A stretch of DNA of 64,000 nucleotides from Octopus sinensis. Taxonomy: Eukaryota. The stretch lies in the NCBI RefSeq assembly GCF_006345805.1, contig NC_043005.1, positions 97,712,001-97,776,000 on the forward strand, written 5' to 3'. Below are positions 1 to 12,345 of this stretch, piece after piece (within the stretch, counting starts at the first letter, position 1; every line of letters starts with the position of its first letter). Made by a program: the position numbers and the translations under genes. The notes below the pieces were generated by a model, which was not told where the DNA came from, did not search any database, and saw nothing but the letters and a program-made list of their open reading frames with translations.

Positions 1-304
1 CCCTGGCTATGGACCTGACTGACTTGGAAGGATCGTTGTCAATCTCACCAACAAATTCAGGAGTTCTTGTCTTATCAGAATGCTCAGAGTGAGTTTTCCA
101 ATCTGCCTTACCTTTGTAATCACCATTAGACTCATCCATCTCTTTCAGTTCTATATTTAAGATATGAGGAATTATGTACATTATTTACATTATTTACATC
201 TGAAGGATATTTGTCCTCATCTTGTTTGTTGTTAACACAATGTTTCGGCTGATATAACCTCCAGCAAATATCCCCTTTGAGTAAAACCACCAATAGAAGA
301 GAAT

Positions 305-607
305 ATGACCAAGAACTGTGTGTACTACATCCCATGCAGGTGTAGTAGGTTATACAAAGGCGAAACATGTTTCCCCCTCAAAATAAGGGTAGACGAACAT
401 CGCAAAGCTGTGACACAGGGAGATATTGATAAATCGGGTATAGCTGATCATGTATGGAAAAATGGAGACCACCTCCACCTGTGGGGTGAAGTTAAAATAA
501 TAGACAGAGAGCACCACTGGAAAATACGAAAACAAAAAGAAGCAGCACATATGCTAGGGCACAACAACCTCCTAAGCAGACCGACTGCAGATATGAGTAG
601 CATATAG
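305..607 (+). pseudogene. Penelope-type GIY-YIG endonuclease fragment
   Basis: NCVYYIPCRCSRLYKGET..LKIRVDEH..SGIADHVW..H..W.EVKIIDRE...RKQKEA matches the PLE GIY-YIG pattern (VY.I.C.C..Y.GET, R..EH, S.IA.H, R..KE). Confidence 0.85.
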
Positions 608-684
608 GAACCGGTATTAAGGAAGGATAGAAAAATATTAGATTTATAAGACCTAAAATTCACTCCATAATTGCCCACAGGCAA

Positions 685-770
685 ATGGTGTAGTGGTTAA
701 GTAGTTAAGAATGTGGTTAGAATGCGGGCTACTAACCCCAAGATTCCGAGTTCGATTCCAAGCTGTGACC
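685..770 (+). promoter_or_regulatory. tRNA-like Pol III head (A/B boxes) inside the PLE pseudo-LTR
   Basis: TGGTGTAGTGGTTAAG (A-box-like) and GAGTTCGATTCC (B-box-like); other copies at 15640-15705 (+) and 15535-15605 (-). Confidence 0.6.
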
Positions 771-1360
771 TGAACAATAATGGTGGTGGTGGTGGTGGTG
801 ATGATGATGATGATGATGATGATGATCTCACTTAGGAATGAGAACCTCTGAAGAAGGCTGTCATCAGCCAGGTTTTTCATTGTCCACCAAATCGCTCTCG
901 CCAACCCTGAAGGGGAGCTGGGGCAATTGCTTTGTAGATGAATTCTCCTGGTTGACGATGGAGGGCATGACCCAGCCAATGTCTCATTAGGATGACTTGT
1001 CTTTCAGTCTTTGCGACTTTTTCAACTTAGATTAAGGCATGAAAAACAATTAAATTGAGGAAAAATTAAATGAAATGTCTTTTAAAAATATTTCTATAGT
1101 TTCCAAATACAAGGGACATTTTCCTTTTTTCTGTCTGTCGCTGTCTCTCTTTTTTACTCATGTTTTTCTTTGTTTTTCTTGCTTTACTCAGACCCTCTGA
1201 TGTCTCTGGCAATGGACCTGACTGACTTGGAAGGATCGTTGAAAAAGTCGTATAGACTGAAACTGGTACTAAAATGTTCTTCATGATAAAATTATTTTAG
1301 TATTTTCTACCTTGTCTTATTTTGCATAAATACATACATACATAGTACATACATACATAA

Positions 1361-1398
<38 letters not shown>

Positions 1399-1885
1399 GA
1401 TTTTCTTCCACTACAAACTGGAGTGTTATCATAGACTTTTTAGAAACACATGGAAAATGCATGCATTGATAGACAAAGAAAATCATTTAACCAATAAATA
1501 AATAAATAAATAAATAGATAGATAAATAAAAAGAATGGAGATTATTCTTAATGAGGAAATGCTTTTGGTAAATGTATAGATGTCATAACTGCCACTGCCA
1601 AACCTTGGAAGGTTGAAACGGAATTCATTATTTATTGATGAATACATCTGTTCATATTAAGTGAAGCATCTGACACCAGTGAGTAGGTTATGCAAATATT
1701 TATCTTCATCATATATGTAGAAGGAAACAAGCACATGAATTGCACTGTAGCATTTCTGGAGCATTGGCATAGAATCTGCATTTCAGATGGGCTACATGTA
1801 CATGGGTAATGACCAGAAATGATACAAATTTACAGACTGATACCATTTAGAATAGTATTTGTATGTATAATACTTAATATGGATA

Positions 1886-2680
1886 TATGAGGACCAGCTG
1901 AAAAGTCCATAGGCTGACCAAGATACTCTCTTGGAATGTGACAAAATGAGGTTTATTTTTCAACATAATCCCTTTTGTGCTCCACTTCTTCCATTGGTGT
2001 TGTAATGCTTGGATCCCATCGGTGAAGAAGCTTTCTTCCTCTTAGTCAAAAAAGTCGTCAACAGCAGATGTGACATCATCATCACTGCAATACTAGCCAA
2101 TTATTTTTTCATGTTGGGAGCAAAATTGATTGTCAGTTGGAGCCAAATTAGAAGAACAGGGATCATGTCCAACCATTTAAAAGCTACAGTCACACACAGC
2201 AGCCACTGAGTGCAAAGTCTTATGTGCCGGACCATTGTCCTGATGAAACAGGACCATCTTTTGTCAGCTTTCCAGGCTTTTTGGTTTTGGCAGCTTTTCA
2301 TAATTGCCTCTGCATGTTGGCACAGTACTCTCCATTGATGATGTGGTCCTTTTAAAGGTAGTCAATAAACAATGCCCTTTTCATCATCCAGAACTGAGGC
2401 AATTATCTTCCCTACTGATGAAATAACCTTGGCCTTCTTCGGAATAGGTGAGGAGAGGTGTTTTCTCTGCACGGATTGTCTCTTTGTCTCCGGCTTTAAG
2501 TGATAAAGCCAACCTACTATGAATAGAAATGGATTGCAAAGGCACAAAGAAAATGCAAGTTATGCAAGTCCAGAGACAGCTCCTTGCCCTCAATCCCAAC
2601 AGACTGCCAGTGTCAGAGCCTTTTGACATGCATCAGACTGATTGGTCACAGTCAGCCACACCGCATCCATCTTCTCTTAT
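1886..2680 (-). mobile_element. Degenerate mariner transposon (DD34D transposase relic)
   Basis: Minus-strand fragments KPETKRQS, KAKVISSVGKIIASV..D.KGIV, LFHQDNGPAH; TIR-like end TATGAGGACCAGCTGAAAAGT at 1886. Confidence 0.85.
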
Positions 2681-2738
2681 GTGATGTCCTTGATTTTAGT
2701 CAACAACAACTGACAAACTAATAATAATAATGATGATG

Positions 2739-2784
<46 letters not shown>

Positions 2785-2938
2785 TGATAATAATGATAAT
2801 AATAATGATGTTGATGATGATGATGATGATGATGAAGAACTCCCCCGTCGAATATGACATGCATGCATGGAAGATGGATGTTAAATGACGATGATGATGA
2901 TGATGATGATATATATATATATATATGTATATATGATG

Positions 2939-2969
<31 letters not shown>

Positions 2970-2971
<2 letters not shown>

Positions 2972-3203
2972 GGCCGGCCCAAAAGTAGGTTTACAGTTAT
3001 CATGTAGGCACTTTAAATTTCCTTCAAAACATTTTATTACATTTAAATTTCTATTTTACAAACTGAAAAGGGAGCTTGACAAAATTAACTTAATTAGCAT
3101 AGAATAATGATTTCATATGCTTTTATTATTAAAGTCTAAACTGTTAATATATGAATGAGAAAGAGCTAATTGAATAACTGTAAACCTACTTGTGGGCCAC
3201 CCT
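2970..3203. mobile_element. Tc1/mariner-type MITE
   Basis: TIRs CAGG..GGCCCAAAAGTAGGTTTACAGTTA (2970-2999) and TAACTGTAAACCTACTTGTGGGCCACCCT (3175-3203), TA flanks, non-coding interior. Confidence 0.75.
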
Positions 3204-3218
3204 ATATATATATATATA

Positions 3219-3487
3219 TATCTGTAAATGTAATATGTGATAATTATTCGGTAGCCATGATAAACCTCCGAGTTTCAGATGCCGAGGTGGAAATCCACGC
3301 CACCATCTTTCCGATGGCTGGATAACTGAAAAGATGGCAGCATGGATTTCCACCTGAGCATCTGAAACTTGGACGTTTATCATGGCTACCGAATAATTGT
3401 CACATATTACATTTACAGATAAATTCCTCTATTTACATAATATTGAGGTCTCTTTCTTTCTTTTGTTGTCTTACTGTTTTTATCAAT
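3219..3487 (+). mobile_element. (TA)n-flanked fold-back element with degenerate hammerhead (3321-3381)
   Basis: Inverted arms 3219-3310 and 3330-3421; gataa-CTGAAAA-gatg...catc-t-GAAA-cttggacg-t-ttatc. Core has G8A without the compensating C3U. Confidence 0.6.
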
Positions 3488-3506
3488 ATATATATATATA
3501 TATATA

Positions 3507-3690
3507 CTGGTGTTGGTTTGTTCATATTCCTATAACTTAGCATTTCAGCAAAAGAAATCAATAGAATACGTAACAGACTTTATTTAAAAGGAAAAAATTT
3601 GTACTGGAGTTAATTTGTTTGACTGAACCCGTAGAGATGGTGTTCAAGCATGGCCACAGGCCAATGACCGAAATAAGTAAAAGAAAGAAG
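3507..3690 (+). mobile_element. 3' half of CORE-type SINE (family of 46515-46962)
   Basis: TAACTTAGCATTTCAGCAAAAGAAA...CAAGCATGGCCACAG...TGACCGAAATAAGTAAAAGA tail. Confidence 0.7.
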
Positions 3691-4007
3691 ATAAAAGAAA
3701 ATCTGAGAAAGTTAACCTGTGATGGATCCATTTCTTATTGGATAAGAGATTTAACTTTCTTCCAATATCCAAAATCTATCGGAATCTTGATTGATTATAT
3801 TTGGCAACAGATGTGTTTCATTTTTGACCCCTCTGAGATAACTGAGTAACTGATTGGTACCATTCTCTTTGGTATATATATATATCTTTCAATATCACCT
3901 CATTCAGCCAAATTTAACTGGGTAACCTCCACTTAACTCTTAGAAATAGCAGTGAATTCTTGCACAAATCACACCCTACCATTTAGAAATGAAAGTAAAC
4001 ATTATTC

Positions 4008-4894
4008 AAGGTGACATCAAAATATCCCTGGACTAATTATGTTTCATATAAAAATTACTTATTTACCTAAGTTTTATCATCATCTCCTTCGAAGTGGTCA
4101 CCGTGCACAGCAATACACCAGTCCCAGTTTTCCTGCCACTTTTGGAATCCAGCCTGGAAGTCAATTTTCATAAGTGAATCAAAGACCTTCTGCAATTCAC
4201 TCTGCATCTTGACAATGGTGTTAAAACAGTGACCTTTGAGCTGCATTTTCATCTTGTGGAAGAGTCCACAGGTGCTGAATCTGGCAAATAGGGCAGGTGT
4301 AGAAGTGATATCAGGTTGTTCTTGGCAAGAAACTCTTGAGTGAGGAGAGCTCAGTGAAACGATGCCTTGTTGTCATGAAGAATCCAATTCTTTGCACTTC
4401 ACAGAATCAGCTGCTTTTTCTGAATGTCTTCCCCCAAATGCCTCGAAATGTCACAGAACCCTCAATCGATGGTGCAGCCTGAGAGATGAATTCTCAATGC
4501 ACAATATTGCGGGTGTTGGAAAAAAATGACGAGCAGGCTCTTGATTGACCTGTGACTCTATCATGCACCTGTATCACTCAAAACATTGCATATGACCCAT
4601 TGCCTCATCACTGTAAGCTTGCCAAAGCATGCTCAATGCCTCTGTAGCAGATGTCTCAAAATTTCACATTGGCTCTTTGTTTCAGCTTCCTGTCCATGGC
4701 AAAAATCGCAGACTGCAGTACACATGTGATCGCAAAAATACAAATTTCACAACTTGTGAAGTAAACAAAGCAATGTCACTCAGTACACTGCCTCATGGAG
4801 ATCTCAGCGAGCTCTCACTGCACATGCAACCATGTACCACCATCTGTAGGCATACTATAGAACTAGTCTGGGAACTTTTTGATACCACCCCATA
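4008..4894 (-). mobile_element. Internally deleted mariner transposon
   Basis: MKMQLKGHCF...FQKWQENWDWCIAVHGDHFEGD C-terminus; imperfect TIRs at 4008-4040 and 4862-4894. Confidence 0.85.
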
Positions 4895-5210
4895 TACAAT
4901 TTTACTTTGACTGGAATGATTACTGAGTAATCCTCCAGTTCAAAGCAAAATTTGATTTTATTATAACAACATAAAAACAAGCATTAATATACACACATAC
5001 ACCTATTTACATACCAATCAATTTGTACATTAACAGGTAGCATTCTGAGACACGTTCCTACTTTATTACAGCTACCAGAATAGACACAATTTGTGACACA
5101 GCTCCATATATTATATATCTGACATGAAATTTATTTTAATATATTCTCTGCGCATTTTCAACTTCATTTCTTCTATTTCTCTAATTGTTTGCATTAATAA
5201 CAATTTTTAA

Positions 5211-5264
<54 letters not shown>

Positions 5265-5491
5265 TTCTAATATAGGATAAATTTTTTTTTTCAAAAAGTT
5301 TCAAAGTGGTAGCATATTAAAATACCTTTAAACAATTATAAACAAGGGCAAAAGAAAAATGACTTCTATGCCAATATGCTGAGAATAGACTTTAAATTGT
5401 CAATCACCACATTACAATATACATTCACCATGAATACACGTTGTGCTGAAATTGAGGAAGGCAAGTTAACAAATTTTTTTTAATTTGTTAT

Positions 5492-5548
5492 CTCTATATT
5501 GAATCAATTTCGGGATTAATCCTACAGATTTTTCCCTCTTCAGTAGAA
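5492..5548 (-). ncRNA. Minimal type-I hammerhead ribozyme, canonical core
   Basis: Minus strand: ttcta-CTGAAGA-ggga-(aaaatctgtaggattaa)-tccc-GAAA-ttgattcaat-A-tagag; stems I, II and III pair; AUA cleavage triplet. Confidence 0.8.
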
Positions 5549-5640
5549 AATACGATAAGAAATAAATAAAATACTTACAAGCACCCACGGAGAAAAAGCA
5601 TAAGTACATTAGTACCGCAGTTATATCTAAATGTAAAATC

Positions 5641-5730
5641 CTTTAGCAAGCCTCAGCACATGTGTGACTGGTCACAGACCACAACTATTTAGCGGTTACC
5701 AGTCCCGAAGTGTGCTGAGGCTTGCTAAAG
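5641..5730. repeat. 90-nt hairpin (20-bp perfect outer stem plus 7-bp inner stem)
   Basis: CTTTAGCAAGCCTCAGCACA 5641-5660 pairs with 5711-5730; GACTGGT 5666-5672 pairs with ACCAGTC 5698-5704. Confidence 0.85.
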
Positions 5731-6227
5731 CATTTTGTGAGGTACTCATTGACCCAATTTGCTGACTTTTCTGATGGCATGCAGGTGTCGATGAATGGTT
5801 GAATGACCAAATCCAAGCTTCTCTGCTAGTTCATCAATAATATGATGGGATTTTGTTCCACCAGGGTTTACTGAACATCCTGGTCAAGCTCTATAGATAT
5901 TTCAGGAAGAAGCTTGTCTTCTAAGCTGTAGTTTCTGGCTAGGAATTTCTGGAAGCACCATTGACACTGGCTTACGCTTATAACTCATTAGTTCAACATT
6001 CCGTAAATATGACGAATATGCTCTTTGGTCATTTCCATTATAGCTTTGAAAAAATAACTGTTAAAATCGAACTGCACTCTTCAAAACTTGCACTAAGAAT
6101 AAGGACAAGTTAAAATTTCTACCTGCTTTTATAGCAAGTTGATGCAGGTAGTTTACTCTGTCCCCTTCGGACTTTTACTTCATGCAATTGAAAAACCCAC
6201 ATTATTTATGGGATGACCCAATATATA
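5731..6227 (-). mobile_element. Mariner 5' fragment (HTH region and left TIR)
   Basis: Minus-strand VISVSQCQWCFQKFLARNYSLED..., ELAEKLGFGHSTIHRHLHAIRKVSKLGQ*VPH; TIR TATATTGGGTCATCCCATAAATAATG at ~6200-6227. Confidence 0.8.
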
Positions 6228-6228
6228 G

Positions 6229-6255
<27 letters not shown>

Positions 6256-6261
<6 letters not shown>

Positions 6262-6590
6262 CGAGAAAGAAGCAACAAGAATGGATAGGTTTTTAGTACG
6301 ATCGTTTCATACAAGGACAGGTTTTATTAAAAGTTGCAAAGATCAGCATATAAACGGTCCCGTACGGGACTCGTTTATATGCTGTAATATTTTGAACTTT
6401 AATAAAACCTGTCCTTGTATGAAACGATCGTACTAAAAACCTATCCATTCTTGTTGCTTCTTTCTCGCTTATAATCACCCCAATTACTGTATTGTTAAAT
6501 CAGTATAGTTTTTTTTGGTGCATCTAAGTTAGGTACCATATTCAAGTAAATTTTTTTAAATTAACTTGAATCTTTATTGCGCTTTGAATA
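6256..6590 (+). mobile_element. (TA)n-flanked fold-back element; 218-bp palindrome with the 3' half of a hammerhead on both strands
   Basis: Near-perfect palindrome 6256-6473, axis 6363/6364; GAAA-CGATCGT-A at 6421-6432 and its mirror; tail related to 58940-59087 (-). Confidence 0.7.
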
Positions 6591-6762
6591 TATATATATG
6601 TTATAGATATATATAAAATTAGATAATAAGGGTAGAAATTGATATTAATCAATTAAAACCAGTGGCCTTGCATATTTTTTTTTTTAAATCCGAAGATTAA
6701 AATTTTTTTACATACAAAATTTAGAGGACTGACCACTAAATTTTGTATATATATATATATAT

Positions 6763-7878
6763 ATACAAATAAGAAAATGGAGAAATACATCCAAATCAAA
6801 TATCAACTACCAGATAATACCCAGTGTGTGGATGTTTCTCAACAAACCAACCGTAAAGAAGACAATTGTAATTTAAATTTAAATGTACAAGCCAATCATA
6901 TTTTAGCGCTAGATTTGTAACTATTTCTGAATGTAATACTGTATTTGTGTCACAATTGAAATTATAAATTTGAACTCGGATGTACATCTGTGCACCTGTG
7001 GATCTTAATGTCATGTAAACCGAATGCTTTTATTTCATATTTTGTATGTATATGCAGATATTTAAGGCTTTGCATGGTACTGTAGTACAATTGTGGGCCT
7101 TAGTTTTGCTACTATATTGCTAATAATGGGTTCTATATATTGTTTTACTAGTATTAGTGTTATTAATAATAAGAATAATGATATTGGTAGCATTAGTGGT
7201 AATGATAATGGTAATGATGTTAACATTAATGACATTTTGTAAATTAATATAAATTAATATAATGTACTCTTGACTCTGTATACCTGCATTTGGGTATTAA
7301 TATGTGTATGTTTTCTACATTGTAATATCACAATATTAAGTTGAAAAACTGTAACATTGAATGTGGAACATATGTATGTTTATTTATATTTATATTATTT
7401 TATTATTATGTATATGTATATTATATAATAAGAGTATGAGTATATGCACTCATATGTATATGTATATGATTTATTATGGGTATGTACCCACACTTATATA
7501 AGTGTATATGTAATTTGGTTTGTATTTCATAATCTCCGAAGAGGCCTTAGGATATTTTTGTAAATGTCTCATTTATAACTACATATTGACCTACCACAAA
7601 TGGCTAATATAAGTAAAATGAGACATACTTATCTGCATGGCCGAAACAGCTGTAAGATGTAGTTTATATTTATATTTATATTTATTTATATTTATATTCT
7701 CTTATACATATTGTACTCTATGGTATCATAGTACTCCTTTATGTACACTGTTTTGTTCTATATTATTATGTTTGACCTTAAAGTTTCTTATGTGGTGGTT
7801 TAATAAAGTATGTGATTGGGTATTATCTGGTAGTTGATATTTGATTTGGATGTATTTCTCCATTTTCTTATTTTGTAT
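6763..7878. repeat. ~61-bp near-perfect inverted repeat pair bracketing the 7532-7658 hammerhead
   Basis: 6763-6823 is the reverse complement of 7817-7878. Confidence 0.85.
7532..7658 (+). ncRNA. Type-I hammerhead with extended stem II, U4C core
   Basis: atct-CCGAAGA-ggcc-[ggata..atgtctcattt...aaatgagacat..tatct]-ggcc-GAAA-cagctgt-A-agat; palindromic stem III ACAGCTGT; GUA triplet. Confidence 0.75.
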
Positions 7879-8249
7879 TATGAATTTGTGGTAAAACACT
7901 TTACCTTTGCCCATATAATACAGTAAATGAATTAATTGCATCGCAATTCTTAACATTTATGTATTAACTTTGTTGGGTACTTCACTAGCAGCATATTGGA
8001 TATATGTTATCCCATGGAGGGTTGCATTTACAACCCCTATTTCAATTTGTATGTATGTATATATATATATAGTATATATATCTAATATATAATTATATAT
8101 ATGTATATATATATATATAATTATATATATATATATATATAATATATATATATATAATTATATATACACACACATGCACACACACACACACATACACATG
8201 CACACACACACCACACACACACACACACACATACATACATATATACACA

Positions 8250-8395
8250 ATGGGCTTCTTTCAATTTCCAGTTATGAAATCCACTTACAAGGCTTTGGTT
8301 GGCTTTGGGGCTATAGTGGAAGACACCTGATATTGCACAAGAGGACTGAACCTAAGACCACGTGATTGGGAAGCAAGCTTCTTGACCACACCACC
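8250..8395 (-). mobile_element. CORE-type SINE 5' part
   Basis: Reverse complement of AAGAAGCTTGCTTCCCAA...GTGGATTT; similar minus-strand pieces at ~11120-11290, 21325-21480, 23325-23475, 26870-26990. Confidence 0.7.
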
Positions 8396-8890
8396 ATCAG
8401 AGTAACAATTAGTCTGAATAACAATTTCCAACAGCTAGAGGAAAATGAGATTTGTAGAAGGCATGGATTAGATTTGAACACAAAATGTATGTGAGTTGAT
8501 ACTCAATATTTGCTGCTCGAAGTTTTGGGTGGTAGACTTGAGCTGTTACCTGGTCTAACACTGCTACTTGATCCTTGGTGTTTCTAACAGAGTCAACTCT
8601 GTTAAAAGCATTCAGACTTGGTGGCCTATTTGAAGGCAGCCTACGAGTTAAGTGTTTCTTCCTCGTTTATCCCCATTAATATTGGAATCAAAGGATCACT
8701 GGTACTTTCTTACCTCTTCTGTCAAAACCATAAAGGTAAAAAAAAAGAAGAATTCTATTATTCTTTTACTAGTTTGGTAGAGAGAGATCGATATGACAAA
8801 AATTGGACAGCTCCAGTCTGGTACTTATGTTATTGATTTCCATTTGTCAAACAGAGAAGTAATGAGACCTAAAGGAACAGAACTTAAGCA

Positions 8891-8937
<47 letters not shown>

Positions 8938-9263
8938 ACACACACACACTCACACACACACACTCACACACACACACACACACACGCACACACTCACACA
9001 CACTCACACACACACTCACACACACTCACACACAAATTTATACATACATGTATATGTATATGTTTATATAAAATCATGCACATGTATATACATGCACACA
9101 CACAAATGTGTGTGTGTAATATATATGTACATACATACATACATACATACATACATACATACATACATACATACATACATACATACGTACGTACATACAT
9201 ACATACATATATATATATATATATCTATCTATATATATATATCTATCTATCTATCTATCTATC

Positions 9264-9294
<31 letters not shown>

Positions 9295-9305
9295 ATATAT
9301 ATATA

Positions 9306-9500
9306 TCATCATCATCATCATTGTTTAACGTCCGTTTTCCATGCTAGCATGGGTCGGATGGTTCGACTGGGGTCTGGGAAGCCAGAAGGCTGTACCAGGC
9401 TCCAGTCTGATCTGGCAGTGTTTCTACAGCTGGATGCCCTTCCTAACGTCAACCACTCCATGAGTGTAGCGGGTGCTTTTTATGTGCCACCAGCACAGGT
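9306..9500 (-). mobile_element. RTE-associated 3' tail repeat ending in (GAT)n
   Basis: Reverse complement of GTTAGGAAGGGCATCCAGCTGTAGAAAC...CCCATGCTAGCATGGAAAACGGACGTTAAAC(GAT)n; same family as 25900-26072. Another copy at 9920-10110 (-). Confidence 0.8.
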
Positions 9501-9593
9501 ATCACAACTACAATTTCCATTTGATTTTTATTTTGATGTTGATGTACTTGACTCAATAGGTCTCCTCAAGCACAGCAGGTCACCCTAATATAT

Positions 9594-9643
<50 letters not shown>

Positions 9644-10129
9644 TATATATATATATATATATACTCACATATATATATATATATATACTCACATATATAT
9701 ATATATATACTCACATATATATATGATCAAACAGACTCCAAAGACCCTGGTGTTGGTCTGCATTGGCAAGACCTATAATATGTAGTAAAATTGATAAAAA
9801 GACTACAGTTAACTTGTGATAAGGAGTGGAAAACCCAATGTTTCAGACAGTGTCCTTCTTCATCAAAAATTAGTAAAGGAGAGAAATAAATGAATGACAG
9901 CCGAGTTTTACATCCTCCTCCTCATCCCCAGTTAACATCCATGTTTCATGCTGGCATGGGTTGAATAATTTGACAGGATTCATGTAGCCTGAGAGCTGCA
10001 TTGGTCTCCAATGTCTGCTTTCATAAAGTCTCAATGGCTGGTTGTCCATCCTAACATGAACCAATTTACAGAGTTTTCTGGGTGACTTTTGTGGCACCGG
10101 CACTACTGAGGTCACCTAGTAATTCAGAA

Positions 10130-10330
10130 GATCATATTGGTATGGTCACGTGATACATATGCATAATAACAGCTCTTAAAAAAAGTACCAATTGTTAAAT
10201 ATAGATAGAACTCCTGGAAGGAGACCCAGGAAGATGTGGGATGAATAAGGAAGTTTTACCTCAGGTAGCCTCACAGAAAAGATCACAAATGATTGAGATT
10301 TGTTGTGCCCCAGAAGACTCATCCATCTCA
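10130..10330 (+). mobile_element. Degenerate RTE LINE ORF C-terminal fragment
   Basis: WYGHV.. and GRPRKMWDE motifs, homologous to 25270-25480. Confidence 0.6.
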
Positions 10331-12108
10331 GAAGGTCCTAAAAGTACATTGTTAATGTCTATTCCTCCACATTCAATCTGTACCTGTTAAACCTTCCCAG
10401 CAACTCATTTTCATGAACTCCCTTCACCTTTCTAACTACATTGCTATTTCCTCAGCTGTTGTAATTTCATGAGAGCAAAACAGCACATCTTCTTTTCTCC
10501 TTTTGTGCTACAAGTAATCCCTCTTCTTAGAACCACTTCTTTTACCACCCATCCTGCACTCTCAATATCATCCCTTATCACTTTATTCCCACTGAATGCC
10601 CCTTTCTCCTGAACAACCTCTCATATCTGTCATCAAGGCCCGTTTTTGTAAGCTATGACAACAACTGTTATGTACCTCCTTTAATCTCTGCCTCTGTCAC
10701 TGTGCATCTGCTCTCTCCTCTACATTTCACCACATCTCCCTATTTCTCATTTTTTTGTTATATATGTATTACCATCAGTCACTTCCTCCTCCATGATCCA
10801 CTCCTTGTTGCCTTACATGCCCTCAAATCACCATTGCCCATGCTTTCAACAATGTTCACAATTCATTGCTTTTACACTCTTGCAATCCTGCCTACATCTA
10901 GTCCTCTTTGATTCTCTGCACCTATTCTGTCTCAGCCCACCTTCTTGTACCTTGGAAGTACACTCTGATACTTCATTTCCTCCATCTGTTCTCCCTTTCC
11001 AGCTGGGTTAGCCATGTATATCTACTACTCTAACACACCTGTCCCCATCTCACTTTCATAATTTATCCTCTGAATACCGGGCACAAAGCTGCCTCACTCA
11101 ATACTGCAACCCTATTCTGTCAAGAGTTCTTACACACAATGGGATTCCTCACAGTTTCCATCAAACAAATTCTACATTGATCAATCCATGGATACTGTAG
11201 AAGATATTGTCTTTAAAAATAGCCTATAAGACTGAACTTGGAACCACATGGCTGCGAAGTAAACGATTTCAACCAAATACTCATGCCTGCACATGGAAAA
11301 TATATTACACAACCCCAGAATCTGCTTCCAATTCAATGTCTCTTAGTAAACTATATTAATTCTTCAAATACTTTGCTTGCAATAATTGAGAGTAAAGTAC
11401 TTAAATGTGCTTTCCAATATGGTAAACTGGTTATGTAATATTGATCTGTCGAAACATTAAAGCTGTTTAGTGTTTATAAGATAACTTGAGACTCACTTGA
11501 TTTCCTTTGAGAAATGTAGAAACACTCCTCCTCCTCCTCCTCCTCCTCAAACCCCTCGGCCTCCACCTCCTCAACCTCCACCTCCTCCTCCACCCCTCCT
11601 CCCATCTTCCCCCCTCCTCCTCTTCTCACCACCATTGAAATTGCTGGCCTTGTGCTAAAATTCGAAACCATTATTATGGAGTTGAGCAAGAAGAAACTGT
11701 TTGGATTAAAATTAACCTATAGTAGTGAGCATTAGGACAAAATTAGCCTATGGGTGGCCCAGCTTTGCACATAGGACCCAGGGTGATTTACTGAAACAAT
11801 TTTTTGGGGAAAAAGTGCATTTTATGTGCCATCAAAAATGGTCTATGAAGTATAAAAACATGCTTAGGTAGTGTTGAGACTAGTTGTGTAAGAACTATAA
11901 CTGATGCGGCTAATGGATATTTTGTCATATAAGTGAAAAAGGTTTAAGAAACATTCTTTCTATATGAAGATAAGTAATATAGTGATAAACATATTTCTTA
12001 TATGTCTATCTAACATGTAAAATTTTGTAATCCTATTAGTAACAAAATACATCTATGGGGAAATAAATAATATAGAAAAAGATATTTCCAATTTCCTGCC
12101 TTGTTTTA

Positions 12109-12169
<61 letters not shown>

Positions 12170-12218
12170 TATATACATATACATATATATATATATATCT
12201 AATAGATAGATAGATAGC

Positions 12219-12249
<31 letters not shown>

Positions 12250-12287
12250 TGTATGTTGTGCTGTATATATACATACACACACACACA

Positions 12288-12345
<58 letters not shown>

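Larger units (their letters stand above)
146..869 (+). mobile_element. 5'-truncated Penelope-like element (PLE): inverted partial pseudo-LTR (146-265, -), GIY-YIG fragment, then partial 3' pseudo-LTR with tRNA-like head
   Basis: 146-265 is the reverse complement of the repeat end at ~15829-15948; 657-848 matches the repeat start (minus strand 15629-15480); a GIY-YIG ORF lies between. An inverted pLTR 5' of a truncated body is the established PLE layout. Confidence 0.8.

Noticed and set aside
685-770. Genuine tRNA gene
   Set aside because: No acceptor stem or complete cloverleaf; multi-copy and embedded in a mobile element. The same holds for all SINE heads.
2236-2260. CTGATGA followed by AAC, hammerhead-like
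   Set aside because: It is the antisense of mariner LFHQDN codons and has no stem II or downstream GAAA.
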